Assembly: GCF_006345805.1 (NCBI RefSeq)
Contig: NC_043020.1
Location: 30,938,001 to 31,002,000 of the forward strand
Length of the DNA stretch: 64,000 bases
Direction of reading: 5' to 3'
DNA from: Octopus sinensis
Lineage: Eukaryota
A program made the translations under genes and the position numbers. How positions within the stretch are numbered: the first letter of the stretch is position 1; the number at the start of each line of letters is the position of its first letter. The notes below the pieces were generated by a model, which was not told the origin of the DNA, searched no databases, and saw only the letters and a list, made by a program, of their open reading frames with translations. Positions 52,819 through 64,000 of the stretch are shown piece after piece.

Positions 52819-53132
52819 TTGGGGGGGGGGTCTCTTTGGCTGCATTTTTTTGAAATTTTAGAATTAAGTAAAAAATTTTCCAAATTTGGTGTATTGATGT
52901 AATTTTTCACATTGAATCTCAGAGCCTAATTTACTTGTTTCAGAGAAATAATTTTTTTTTAAGTTATAGAAGTTTAAAGTGTGATAATTTTTATCCAGTA
53001 AGAAAACAGGATTTGGAAGCTGTCACTTTATGTGTGACTGCACGTATTCTCAACGTTGCAACGATAGCGCGTGTTTTGATATCAAACTACAAACAAATGA
53101 AACATTGGCGGAATTCTGCTTTGTGTACGCTG

Positions 53133-53198
53133 TAACCCTAACCCTAACCCTAACCCTAACCCTAACCCTAACCCTAACCCTAACCCTAACCCTAACCC
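53133..53198 (-). repeat. Interstitial telomeric-type repeat (TTAGGG)11
   Basis: Eleven perfect TAACCC units on the plus strand. Confidence 0.95.
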
Positions 53199-54078
53199 TC
53201 ATAACTTTATTTTATTTTTTGTAATTGTTTCTAGTTATGTTAGGTAAGCTACGTATTGCCAGCTTGCCGTAAACACCAAGTAGTATGCCTCTCAGTATGT
53301 AATTGTTGCTCTTGTTAGTTGTTAAATGTTCGCGGGTGTTGGTCAATTACTTCTTCACGCAGCCCAAGAAACATTTTCATTCATTAACTCAACCTGCAAT
53401 TACAGCAACCACCAACAACGACAACATCCATGCGATAGTATTGACTTCAGTGCTCAATTGGTATTTATTTTATCAACACCGAAACAGTGAAAGGCAAAGT
53501 TGACCTTGGCGAAATTTGAATTCAGAACCTAAAGAGCTGGAAGAAATGTCACCAAGTATTTTGCCTGACTCGCTTATGATTCTACTAGCTGCACACATTA
53601 AATGTTCATTGGATTAATACAAATTTCCCGTACGACATACTTACCTTCAATCACCTCAATATATTCAAAGAAAAAACATTCTCTTAGTTTTATTTCATTG
53701 CTAAATTTAGCTTAGTTCTACTGAATATTATTTTGCATTTATTTTATTATACCGCTCTTTGTCGACTTTAGCAGTTTCGTCTGGATTCCAAAACAAAACA
53801 GCGCCCGCGAGGCGTCAAAATTTTCGTTGTACAACTGCTATCTAGTAGCATAGCTACAGTATATACAGCCAGGGTAGCCCTTCAGTTTGTCTCCTACCCC
53901 GGACCCCTAAGTCTACACAGGCTTATACAGCAGACTCCAAGGTGCTTCCCCCATAAAAGTGTCGCCTGGAATGGACCACATCCCTCTCCGTTTCCTAACT
54001 ACGTCACTGTTACAACCTGGTCATTGGCAGTTCGACAGCAACTGCAACTGCGCAACGTAAATTGTGACTCTTTAGAAC

Positions 54079-54380
54079 TTAGATAAATAATAGATAATTT
54101 AGATAACTTAGATGTGTTTCAACCAAAGATTGGCTCAGGTCATGTCTAACTTAATAGCACCACTTAATAGGGTCTTTCAAGTCATTTTTAAAACAAGTTT
54201 TGTGGTATCATGGCCCATTCAAGCAAGGATTTGTTGTTGACTGAGATGTATCCAGGTATAGGTAGCTTATCTGGTAAGGCGATGGGATCATTGTCTTTTC
54301 TGATTTGTTTTGGAATAATGTTGAATAGAGCAGGGCCTGTTGAAAAGAAATTGTGTTGCAGGAGGCTGCTATGTGTTTAT
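54079..54380 (-). mobile_element. CR1-clade LINE 3'-terminal fragment (same family as 28345-28962, internal deletion)
   Basis: GPALFNIIPKQIRKDNDPI...PDKLPIPGYISVNNKSLLEW, shared 3' UTR 'gtggtgctattaagttagacatg...gaaacacatctaagtt' and an ATCTA-rich tail. Confidence 0.85.
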
Positions 54381-54414
54381 TAAATACCTCTTCTTCGATG
54401 TAGTTGACTAAACG

Positions 54415-54465
<51 letters not shown>

Positions 54466-54582
54466 CGATGAGGTTGTGTTTGGGTTGTAGTGATGGCATG
54501 GGTGACGGTTCGATAGGTGTTTGGTGATGAAGATGCTACTGCTGTAAAAACTTGTTTTTGTTGTTATTACGTTGGGATCATT

Positions 54583-54803
54583 GGTGAAGCTAGGAGAATC
54601 ATTAGGGCGTTGGACGAAATGCTTAGCGGCATTTCTTGCGGCTCTCTACGTTCTGAGTTCAAATTCTGCTAAGGTCGGTTTTGCTTTTCATCCTTTTGGT
54701 GGCGATAAAATAAAGTACCAGCTGAGCGGTGGGATCGATGTAATCGAATTGAACCCTTCCCCACTAAATTGATGGCATTGTACCTATTGTGGAAAGCATT
54801 GTT
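54583..54803 (+). mobile_element. Family B SINE
   Basis: 'gaaatgcttagcggcatttc...cgttctgagttcaaattctgctaaggtcgg...ttcatccttttgg..gataaaataaagtaccag'. Confidence 0.8.
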
Positions 54804-55541
54804 ATCGGATCAAGGACATTGCTCTCCTAACCACTCCGTGTTTTTTTTTTATTATTCTTTTTTTATTTACCTAGACTACAGTATCCAATGTACGTTCTCA
54901 ATTTTATTTTTAGTTGATCGGTGATTTGGTTGCTATTTCGAGCAGGTCTTGTGATCACGTAAACGCTACAGCTTGTTGAAAGACTGACCAGGATGACTAT
55001 TTGATGGGTTTTGTTGTTATTGTTGTTGGTGTCATTATTGATGTTGCTGGAAGTGACGATGCTTGTGTTATTGTTGTTGGTGGTAGTGGTGGTAGTGTGT
55101 GTGTGTGTGAGAGGGAATTCCTGTGACGTTGATGTTGATGTTATTAATGCTGTTACAGTTGTTAGTGGTAGTGGCTGTGGCGATGATGGTGTTGCTAGTT
55201 GGGGTGACGATGATGATGTTGGCGGCGGCGGCGACGGCGGTGGTTGGTTGGGGTGAAGGTAGGATGGAGTTGGTGATGGTGATACTTTATTATTAGCATT
55301 GTTGCTCTTTCTCATAAACTCACTGTTATCTCTTTTTGTTTTCCACGAAAGAATGTCTCCTATCCTCTTAGTTCAGAGATCCGTGTTTATTTTGTATGAC
55401 ATTATTTTTGAAAACAAAACCGGATTGGGGAAACCAACAAATTAGTCAGAGGAAATATATATACTCTCAGTACACAGAGAGGACGTTTTACAAGCACCAT
55501 CAGGGATGCAGTCGCCCTCAGTCCTTAGGTTGATTTTTTTC

Positions 55542-55662
55542 TAAAATTGGTCATTCGAAGTATAGAGTTTGTACACAGTGCTATTGAACCGCGGGTTTAT
55601 TTAAATAACCATCGATTCAATAGCACTGTGTACAAACTCTATACTTGGAATGACCAATTTTA
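55542..55662. repeat. 121-bp near-perfect palindrome
   Basis: Arms 55542-55591 and 55613-55662 are complementary at 48 of 50 positions; the 21-nt centre is itself partly self-complementary. Confidence 0.92.
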
Positions 55663-55950
55663 AATACTATTGGAATTTACTCACAAAGTATTGGAATCTT
55701 ATATGTATACCATCTGCCTAAATAATGGAACTACAAATGCAATATCCCTGCATATCTCACATCTATTTTCATTCCGCCACTTCACTCACTATTTCATATC
55801 TTATCTCAATTAACTATTGCTTAACCATTTTCTCACACCGTCTCCGATGAAGGGATATATAAAATATCCCAGAAACAGCTGTAAGACTTTCTATTTATAA
55901 ATGTTCTAAATTCTTCACAGCCTTGGTTTTTTTTATCTCATTCTGAAAAA
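55663..55950 (+). mobile_element. Penelope-like terminal (pseudo-LTR-like) fragment
   Basis: Inferred from the embedded minimal hammerhead-like motif at 55840-55887; no ORF. Confidence 0.45.
55840..55887 (+). ncRNA. Minimal type I hammerhead-like motif with U4-to-C core change
   Basis: GTCT-CCGATGA-A-GGGATAT(ataaa)ATATCCC-A-GAAAC-AGCT-GTA-AGAC: helix I GTCT/AGAC, 7-bp helix II, palindromic AGCT in a 2-bp helix III, GTA triplet. Confidence 0.6.
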
Positions 55951-56107
55951 GAAATTTATATATACACATGCTGATATATGATCTACGTTGGACTCCTTAT
56001 TCGCATAATCACCGAACCTGGAGCTTAACTATGGTCTGTCCGTAGCACTTACTCAGCATTTCCTGACACATTTGGGTCTTATTGACACCATTACCTCTCA
56101 TAACCTG

Positions 56108-56164
<57 letters not shown>

Positions 56165-56354
56165 TATTTATGTGTGTGTGTGTGTGTGTGTATACACACA
56201 CACACATATTCCATTGGTGGGTTAGCTTGCTGAAACTTCGAAGTCACTCTCAGTACTATTCTTGTTAAAGAATAATAAATTTCTCCATAACCAAAAGTAT
56301 TCTGTAATCTTTCAGTTTAATGCAAAATTGTTTTTATTAAAGTATAAAAAAGGC

Positions 56355-57137
<783 letters not shown>

Positions 57138-57281
57138 AGAGAGAGAGATAGTTACGGACGGTTTATGGGATTATCTATAACTGTCTTTATCTAAATACTC
57201 TACTGCTCTATAACTTAGAGTGTGCTTCCTCTTCGACTTTATGATTTACTGACGATATATATATATGTGTGTGTGTGTGTG

Positions 57282-57282
<1 letters not shown>

Positions 57283-57375
<93 letters not shown>
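57283..57375. repeat. (TCTA)n tetranucleotide microsatellite
   Basis: Directly visible. Confidence 0.95.
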
Positions 57376-58049
57376 CATACATACATACAGACCAAAAGGA
57401 GTAAAAGTATAAACGTGGCAAAATAACTGGTATCAGGTTCGATTCTGACATTTATATCTTTAAATATGATGTTGGATACGTTTAGATCGTAAGAAAGAAG
57501 GAAGTAAATAGACGTGTGAAGAGTCTCTTACATCTGTTTCAAGAACAGATGCGCAAATGATGCATGTTGTGCCTAGCAAGCGGTACAAATCTGTATACTG
57601 AGATACACAGATGCCTATGGCCTTTATGAGCCTTAATCTGGTCCTGGTCTTATTGACCCCGAAAGGATGAAAAATAAAGTTGAGCTCGGTGCGATTTGAA
57701 ATCATTGTGCATAGATTTGGAACAAATACCGCACGGCATTCCATCCCAAGCGTGCATGCATGCATACATACATACGTGTACAAACACTTACACGCTCACA
57801 TACAAGCACGCACTCACATAAATCCACTCTCACACATATATATGCGTATACACACACTTATGTATTACACATATAAGTACACACACATATACGTACATAC
57901 ATACATACGGATGCACGCACATATTCACTCACCCACTCACAAACAAACATACACTGAGAAGTACTCTGACACAATAAAAACAGTCCGACGCCAAATTAAA
58001 TACTTTACTAAGGAGGTCATATTAAAAAAAAACCCTTGACAAATTGTTG

Positions 58050-58700
58050 TATTTATAATGGTCATGACAGCTAGAAGGACAGACATACCACAGGAATAAT
58101 TTCTACTTCTGTAGGTCGCCTCCTGTCCACCTGAACCTTAAATGCACAGCTCAAGTTGTAGGTCGAAGAGAAATCCATCCATCATGTTTTGACCGGACAA
58201 AGAAATTTCTTTCGCCAGTGGTGGGTCAGACGAGCGAGAATTCTTAGATTCGGTTTCGAATCTTAGCTGTTAGTTTTTATAGCCTGAATGATTTTGTTTG
58301 GTAAGGTGACATGTTTCTTTTCAACAAATGTAGCTCGCTGGCATTATTGATTTGTTGAAAAATTAGGAGAACGACCGGTATCTCTTATTCCAATATTCTT
58401 TAAGTCTCTTCGTGTAGTTTATCAAGGGCTCTTCCTGGCCCTTTCTGTAGAACTGGTATAGGTCTTGGTTTAGTTCAAAATCCACTGGAATTTTTCTCGA
58501 CGGCTTCACGATCTGCCATAGCTGACTCCGGTTTCTTTCGTTGCCATGGTGTATGTATAGCAATTTTCCACGTGGTTCGCATTTCACTATAAGATTACTG
58601 CTACGGCCTTTAAAAAAAGTTGTTTCTTTGCATTTACTCAAAGAAATTAACCATTTCTTTTACAAGGCTTGCATTAATGGCAAAAATTAAAGGGATGGTA
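58050..58700 (-). pseudogene. Probable N-terminal ORF remnant of an R4/Dong-like retrotransposon
   Basis: ELNQDLYQFYRK..EPLINYTKRLKEYWNKRY..FS...RATFVEKK resembles the N-terminal region of this clade (from memory). Confidence 0.4.
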
Positions 58701-58762
58701 TTCATTATCCGGGATAATGAATAATTTCCCCCCATCAGCACTTGTCAAGCGGTGTTGGTATG

Positions 58763-59843
58763 TGTAGAGTACGCTTAGTGAAATCTCCCCTCTCTCTCTC
58801 TCTCTCTCTCTGTTACTCATAACATAAATACGGACGTAGTAGATAACAGCTAACCTTCAGCCGCTTAGACCCTGTTGTGTCCACTACTCTGATTAGTTGG
58901 TATTGACGCAGTTTGTCTCTTGCTGTATTATGCGCCAAAGTGCGACCCAACCAATCGCAGCCTTCTGATAAGGTCCCGGACATAGTTTTTCTAAAGTTCC
59001 ATTTGAGTCTATAATTTGCTATAAAACACAGCGATTCATCCAGTCTAGCGTCTTTGGTTCTAGACCACTGACCACAGAGCGACACAGCCAGTTCCAGCGA
59101 CAGACTACATCAACAGCATTTACGGACCGCCACCCCCGTCGCCTTCATCTAAACGTCGCCTCCACCACCGTCGCCTTCATCTTATCGATGCCAACAATAT
59201 CTCTACGTACACAGCAACCTCACTTTGGTTTAACTTCACGCTGTTTGCGAGTACTTCACCATGGTTAACAGCAAGCTCAACCTGCGAGAACCTTCTGTAC
59301 CAAGTAACCTGGCAGCGGCATTGTAGCCACAACTGCTTACACGACATGTGCTTTCGACCGACTCTGCTTTTTTCGCCACAACTTCTTGTTACAGAACTTC
59401 TTCTATTGTGTACCTTACTACGAACTGGTATTTATCTTCATCTTGTGTCTGAACTTCTAGCGTCTTGTTGAAGACACTTTCTATGCTCTGTTATTTTCAT
59501 CTTGTGTGAACATTCATCTAGCGTTCTATTGAAGGCACTTTCTATGCTCTGTATTTTATCTCACACGCATACACCCTTGTTTGTACACACGCACATTATG
59601 TATGCTTGGCGGTCTGTCAATTATTGTTCTTATTATATATGTACTTCTGACGCACACACAGACACACACTCTGCTAACATTTAAATAAAACCTTTCTCTT
59701 AACATTCTACGGTTGTGTTGTCTTCCTTTTCCCTTGCTGGCACTCTTATTCATTTATCCATTTTTGCTTTTATTGTAAACGACCGTGCGGTGTATTAAGG
59801 AGTCATTCATTCGTCACCTCTCCTTTCGCTCGGTCGTTCTACA
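58763..59843 (+). mobile_element. Solo LTR (1081 bp, probably Ty3/Gypsy) inserted in a family A SINE tail
   Basis: Termini TGTAGA...TCTACA; 4-bp TSD TATG (58759-62 and 59844-47); CCAAT 58951, TATAAA 59020, AATAAA 59684. Removing it restores the SINE sequence 'cggtgttggtatg-tttacgtaaccgtaacttggcggttcg'. Confidence 0.88.
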
Positions 59844-60279
59844 TATGTTTACGTAACCGTAACTTGGCGGTTCGACACAAGCGACAGAATAAATACCAGG
59901 TTTTACAAAACAGGTACTGAGGTCGATTTGTTCGAGCAAAACCCTGCTAGGTTGTATTCCAGCATGACTGCAGACCAATGGCTGAAACGAGTAAAACAAA
60001 GCTACACACTTGGAGCTGCCACGGTATTACTCAAACAACCGTAATCCTCACTGCATTCAATATTTGCATTAAGATTTCGGATTTGTATTGCCTGCCCTAT
60101 ATTTTCTTAGAAGAAAAGGTTATTTCAATTATTTTTCTCATCCCCAAAGATGTGATTTTAACTAATTCAAAACATTTCGCTTACAACATAACGTATGTTA
60201 GGTCACACTTTACTACTAGTTTTCATATCACAGACGCCTCTAAGACTTTTCCCAGTCATTAATATATTATCCCAAAATA

Positions 60280-60690
60280 AGGTCGCAAATTGGACGAAAT
60301 GCTAGGCAGTATTTCTGGCTCTTAACTTTATCGATTTACTTTTATTTTCTCGATTTCACGTTCTGAGTTCAAAGGCAGCCGGGGTCAACTTTGCCTTCCA
60401 TCCTCTCGGAGTTGATAAAATAAGTACCAGTTGAGTACTGAGATCGATGTAGTCGAATTACTACTTCCTCGAAATTGCTGTCAAATTATGTCAACATTTG
60501 AAACCAATATGGAAGTCATTTAAGGCGGCGAGCTGGCAGAATCGTTAGCCTGCCAGGCAAAATGCTTAGTGGTATTTCGTCCGTCCTTACGTTCTGAGTT
60601 CAAATTCCGTCGAGGTCCTTTCGGGATCGATGAAATAACTATCAATTGAACACTGGAGTCGATGTAATCGATTTTGCCTCTTCCTCGAAA
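60280..60690 (+). mobile_element. Two tandem family B SINEs
   Basis: Copies at about 60280-60510 and 60520-60690 ('ggcggcgagctggcagaatcgttagc...gttctgagttcaaattccgtcgagg'). Confidence 0.8.
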
Positions 60691-61373
60691 TCGTCCTGAG
60701 GGAAATTTTGTTAAATTACTAAAGGGAAACTACTCGGTAAAATATACAGTTATCTCCCATAACTGACAAACGCGCACATATATTCTCTGAAATTTCTTTT
60801 TAATAAGTTGCATCCCATGACAAGCTTAACGCAATCGACTCGACTCGGTACAATTAACGCAAGTGCCTCTGACATTAGTATGTATAATCGATAGACACTT
60901 ACTGAGGGGAGGGAAACAGCTGATATTTACTTGACTGATATTTATCACTTATAAACTTTTCCACTACACCATAAGGGAAATTACTGTATTATGTGCAACA
61001 ATATATAAATCATGTATATACTTCTGAATAATAAAAAAAATGAATAAATATATAAGTAAAGTAATAGTTAATAAACATAATAAAAATTCATCATTGTTAT
61101 TACTATTAGTTCCATTTCGAAATTAATGTCACTTGAAATATTTTTTAAATAAAGGCTCCCCTGTCTTTGTTTTTCTGTTTTCATTTTTTTTTATCTGTGA
61201 TTCATTGAAGAGGTTGAAGCACACTCTTTCGTCTAATACTTTTTCAGAACCTTTACTTTAAGTATGAAAAACTCAAAGATTACGCCATGTATGTACTTTT
61301 TATCTTTTACTTTCATCGGTTTTAGCTCAAAGCTGCGGCCATGCTGGGGCACCACCGTTTTGCTACTCTGTTA

Positions 61374-63310
61374 TTATTGAGAGCCTTCTTGGATATGTGG
61401 CATTTGGTGAATAAGGAAGTTTGATGTCACTGCCCTCATTTGCGCCTCCTTATGCAAGGTAGGTTCTTCTGGGATTCTCGACAGGAAGAAATCCAGTTTT
61501 GTTTTGAAAACACCTACATCCACTTTTTGTAGGGCTCTCAAGCTCTTTGGGAGAACATTAAAAAGCTGTGGGCCCTTGAAAACTAGGCTGTTGCAGTAAC
61601 TTGTCCTGAGGCGCGACGGCATTGTTTGGATCTTTGGCACTGTGCAGTTGTGACTTGTTCTGGCATTTGTGTAGCTTTCAATGCCAAAATTTGGTACAAT
61701 CCCTTCCAGGATCTTCCAGATTACTGTATATCTCTCCTGCCTTTACTCTAGGGAGTAGAGTCTTAGCTGTTTCAGCCTTTCCCTGTAGTTGAGCTGTTGC
61801 AATGAGACAATCTTTGTGAAGCTTCACTGGATTGCTTCAAGGTCCGCTGTTAATTTTACACTGTGGGGTGGCTATAGTTTGGAGAAGTAGTCCAGGCGGC
61901 TGAGGATGAATGTCCTTCAGAGGAACCATCATGATTTCCTTTCTCTGGTTCTGAAGGTTCTCAGGATGCAGCCTACCAGCCGTTTGCTCCTTGTCGTCAT
62001 CTTGGTAATGTGCACTTGGAAAGAGGTATAACTCATCTTGATACCCAGATCATGTACTGATTTAGGCTCTGTGATTGTAATCGCCCCTGGGCCAGTGTAC
62101 CTTCTAAGGTTTCCATTCAGTTTTGGGTGTTGGTAGCGCAGGGCTTGGAAGTTTCCAGCAGTCAACTACATATTATTGTCCTCAGCCCATCTGTAAATTG
62201 CGTCCAACTCCTGCTGCAGGCGTGCAACATTGCAAGGGCTTTGTAATATCTGCGAGACTTTTGTATCATCTGCGTAGCTAGCAAGGGTTGCTATCTGGGC
62301 AAATGAGGGGATATCTGAGAGGGCTACTATGAAAAGCATTGGTTCCAAGACTTTGCCCTGTGGAACACCACTAATTATTTGTGTTTCCTTTGAGGTGGCT
62401 CCATTGGCCACCACTTTCTGACTTCTATCTTTCAGAAAGTCATGTAACCACTCTCCAAGTTTTCCAGCCATGCCAAGATTGCGCAGTTTGTGACATATCA
62501 TACCATGGTCAATTTTATCAAAAGCTTTTGCAAAGTTAAGGTATATTACATCCACATTTGAGGTGTTGAATAACTGCTTCATCACCCAGTCATGGTGCTG
62601 TAGGAGCTGGGTCAGGTAGCACCTACCTGGTCGAAAATCATGCTGGGTATCACTCAGCAAGCCGTTTTCTTCAAGAAATGTGATTAATTTCCCTCTGACT
62701 ATCAATTCCATGACTTTACTGATGTGTGAAGTCAGAGTGATAGGCCTATAATTTTTGGTATCTGCTCTGCTTCCTCCTTTATGGATTGGGCATATTATTC
62801 CCTTCTTCAGTTTGCTTGGCAGCTTGCCATTTACAAGAAAACTCTGGAAGAGAATCTGTAGTGGTTTTGCCAGGGTATGTTTGCACGATTTGAGGAAGAT
62901 TGCTGGGAAACCATCAGGACTAGCAGCTGCGTTTGCATCCACATCATATATGACTAGTATTATATCTTCTTCACTTATGTTGATGTAATTCATTGTAACT
63001 TCCTCTCTGGTTATAGGAGATGCAACAAAACAAAAAAAAAATTCGCTGGTTTGTTCACTTGTCTGTGTTCCAATGGGGCAGTAAAGACACTTTTGAACTG
63101 GTCAGTCAGTACCTCAATGATCCTGGTTCAGTTATCTGTGGCATCATCCTTCTGTAAAAGAGGTTCTATTTTGCAACATACTGAGGCTGTTTCTTTGATA
63201 TAATGAAAGAAGGCCTTTGGGTTTGTCTTGATGTTTTTCATAACCCAAGCTTCTTTGTTTGCTCTCTCCTTCACATAAGATTATTGCAGGCTTTTTTCAT
63301 TCTCCAACAG
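61374..63310 (-). mobile_element. 5'-truncated CR1-clade LINE (second subfamily), disrupted RT ORF
   Basis: NPKAFFHY; ASPDGFPAIFLK; PIHKGGSRADTKNYRPITLTSHISKVME; QHDFRPGR; VDVIYLNFAKAFDKIDH; SGVPQGKVLEPMLF; YADDTK; C-terminal GPQLFNVLP...FKTKLDFFLSRIPEEP. Confidence 0.93.
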
Positions 63311-63389
63311 AGCTGTTATTAGGAGGACCTTTCATTACTTTTGGGATGTTCTCCTGATATTTATTAATATAAATATATTCTTGGATTGA

Positions 63390-63680
63390 TGCTTCAAAGG
63401 TGAAGATTTGTAGGGGTGGTTGTCCATGTCTGTTGCAAGCTTGATGATGCGCAATGAGTCTGGTTCTGGTCAAACATGCTTTACTGCAGAGGCTGCATGA
63501 GAAGGTAGGCTGATCAGGGCTGGTTTTAGTGTCCTTGTTTTTCTCCCCTTTACTCTTGTCTGCAAGGATAGTCCTGCAGGTGTCTTCAAAGGAGACTGTT
63601 TCCTGGTAGACAGTGAGATGCCAGGTTTCATAGTCAATGGTATGAACAGACCACTGAAAATGATCAATGTAGCAAGCACC
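63390..63680 (-). mobile_element. RTE-BovB-like 3'-terminal fragment
   Basis: ...FEDTCRT...FSCSLCSKACLTRTRLIAHHQAC is a degenerate version of the CxxC-R-C-SRIGL-SH motif also seen at about 14300. Confidence 0.55.
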
Positions 63681-64000
63681 AAGGGGATTTCTTTGGAGAA
63701 GCCTTGTACCTCTGTTTTAGTGTTCCTTTATTACAGTGACTTGAAGAGAGTTTGTCATACAGTATGATCTTCTAAATCAAATAATTGTGGTATAAGCAAA
63801 ATCCAGGTGATCACCTTGACAGCACACTGTGCAAGAACTTGACTAGCAAAGTGTTCAAAGAGCAGTGTAAAGTTTATACCTTTTGATTAACCAAAGAATG
63901 ATTGGTTATAATTCTGTCAGTTATTAAAGGAGCACTTTACCAATCCAAGGCATATATATCAAATAGTTATGTTATACATATATTTACATTTTGCCTATAT

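Noticed and set aside
55574-55630. RAG/Transib-like RSS pair (CACAGTG heptamers facing inward)
   Set aside because: Nonamer-like sequences lie at about 21-nt spacing, the flanks are inverted rather than a 5-bp direct TSD, and the second heptamer is simply a consequence of the palindrome.

Overview
AT-rich eukaryotic (animal) genomic DNA, dominated by repeats. The SINE families, (TA)n/(CA)n microsatellite load and LINE content look like a coleoid cephalopod (Octopus-like); this is my recognition, not a database result. I could not identify a complete or nameable host protein-coding gene, only a few low-confidence exon candidates. Most long ORFs in the supplied track are microsatellite artefacts or decayed transposon ORFs. 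Supported elements: mariner (DD34D-type) and maT/DD37D DNA transposons, a piggyBac-type MITE, several Helitrons (mini copies plus a Rep remnant), RTE-BovB-like, RTE-X-like and CR1-like LINEs, an R4/Dong-like restriction-endonuclease retrotransposon, a Ty3/Gypsy integrase remnant, solo LTRs, at least three tRNA-derived SINE families, an interstitial (TTAGGG)11 tract and a 2-kb (TA)n/CATACC array. Highlights: (1) a full type I hammerhead ribozyme fold at 11086-11142 embedded in a perfect 64-bp inverted repeat that could sequester it, plus two further minimal hammerhead-like motifs; (2) near-perfect palindromes next to those hammerhead-bearing fragments; (3) sharp CpG-poor/CpG-rich blocks, consistent with a germline gene-body-methylation footprint that points to unrecognised genes. 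All coordinates were read by eye. Termini marked with TIR/TSD were counted; other boundaries are approximate (about +/-20-50 bp).
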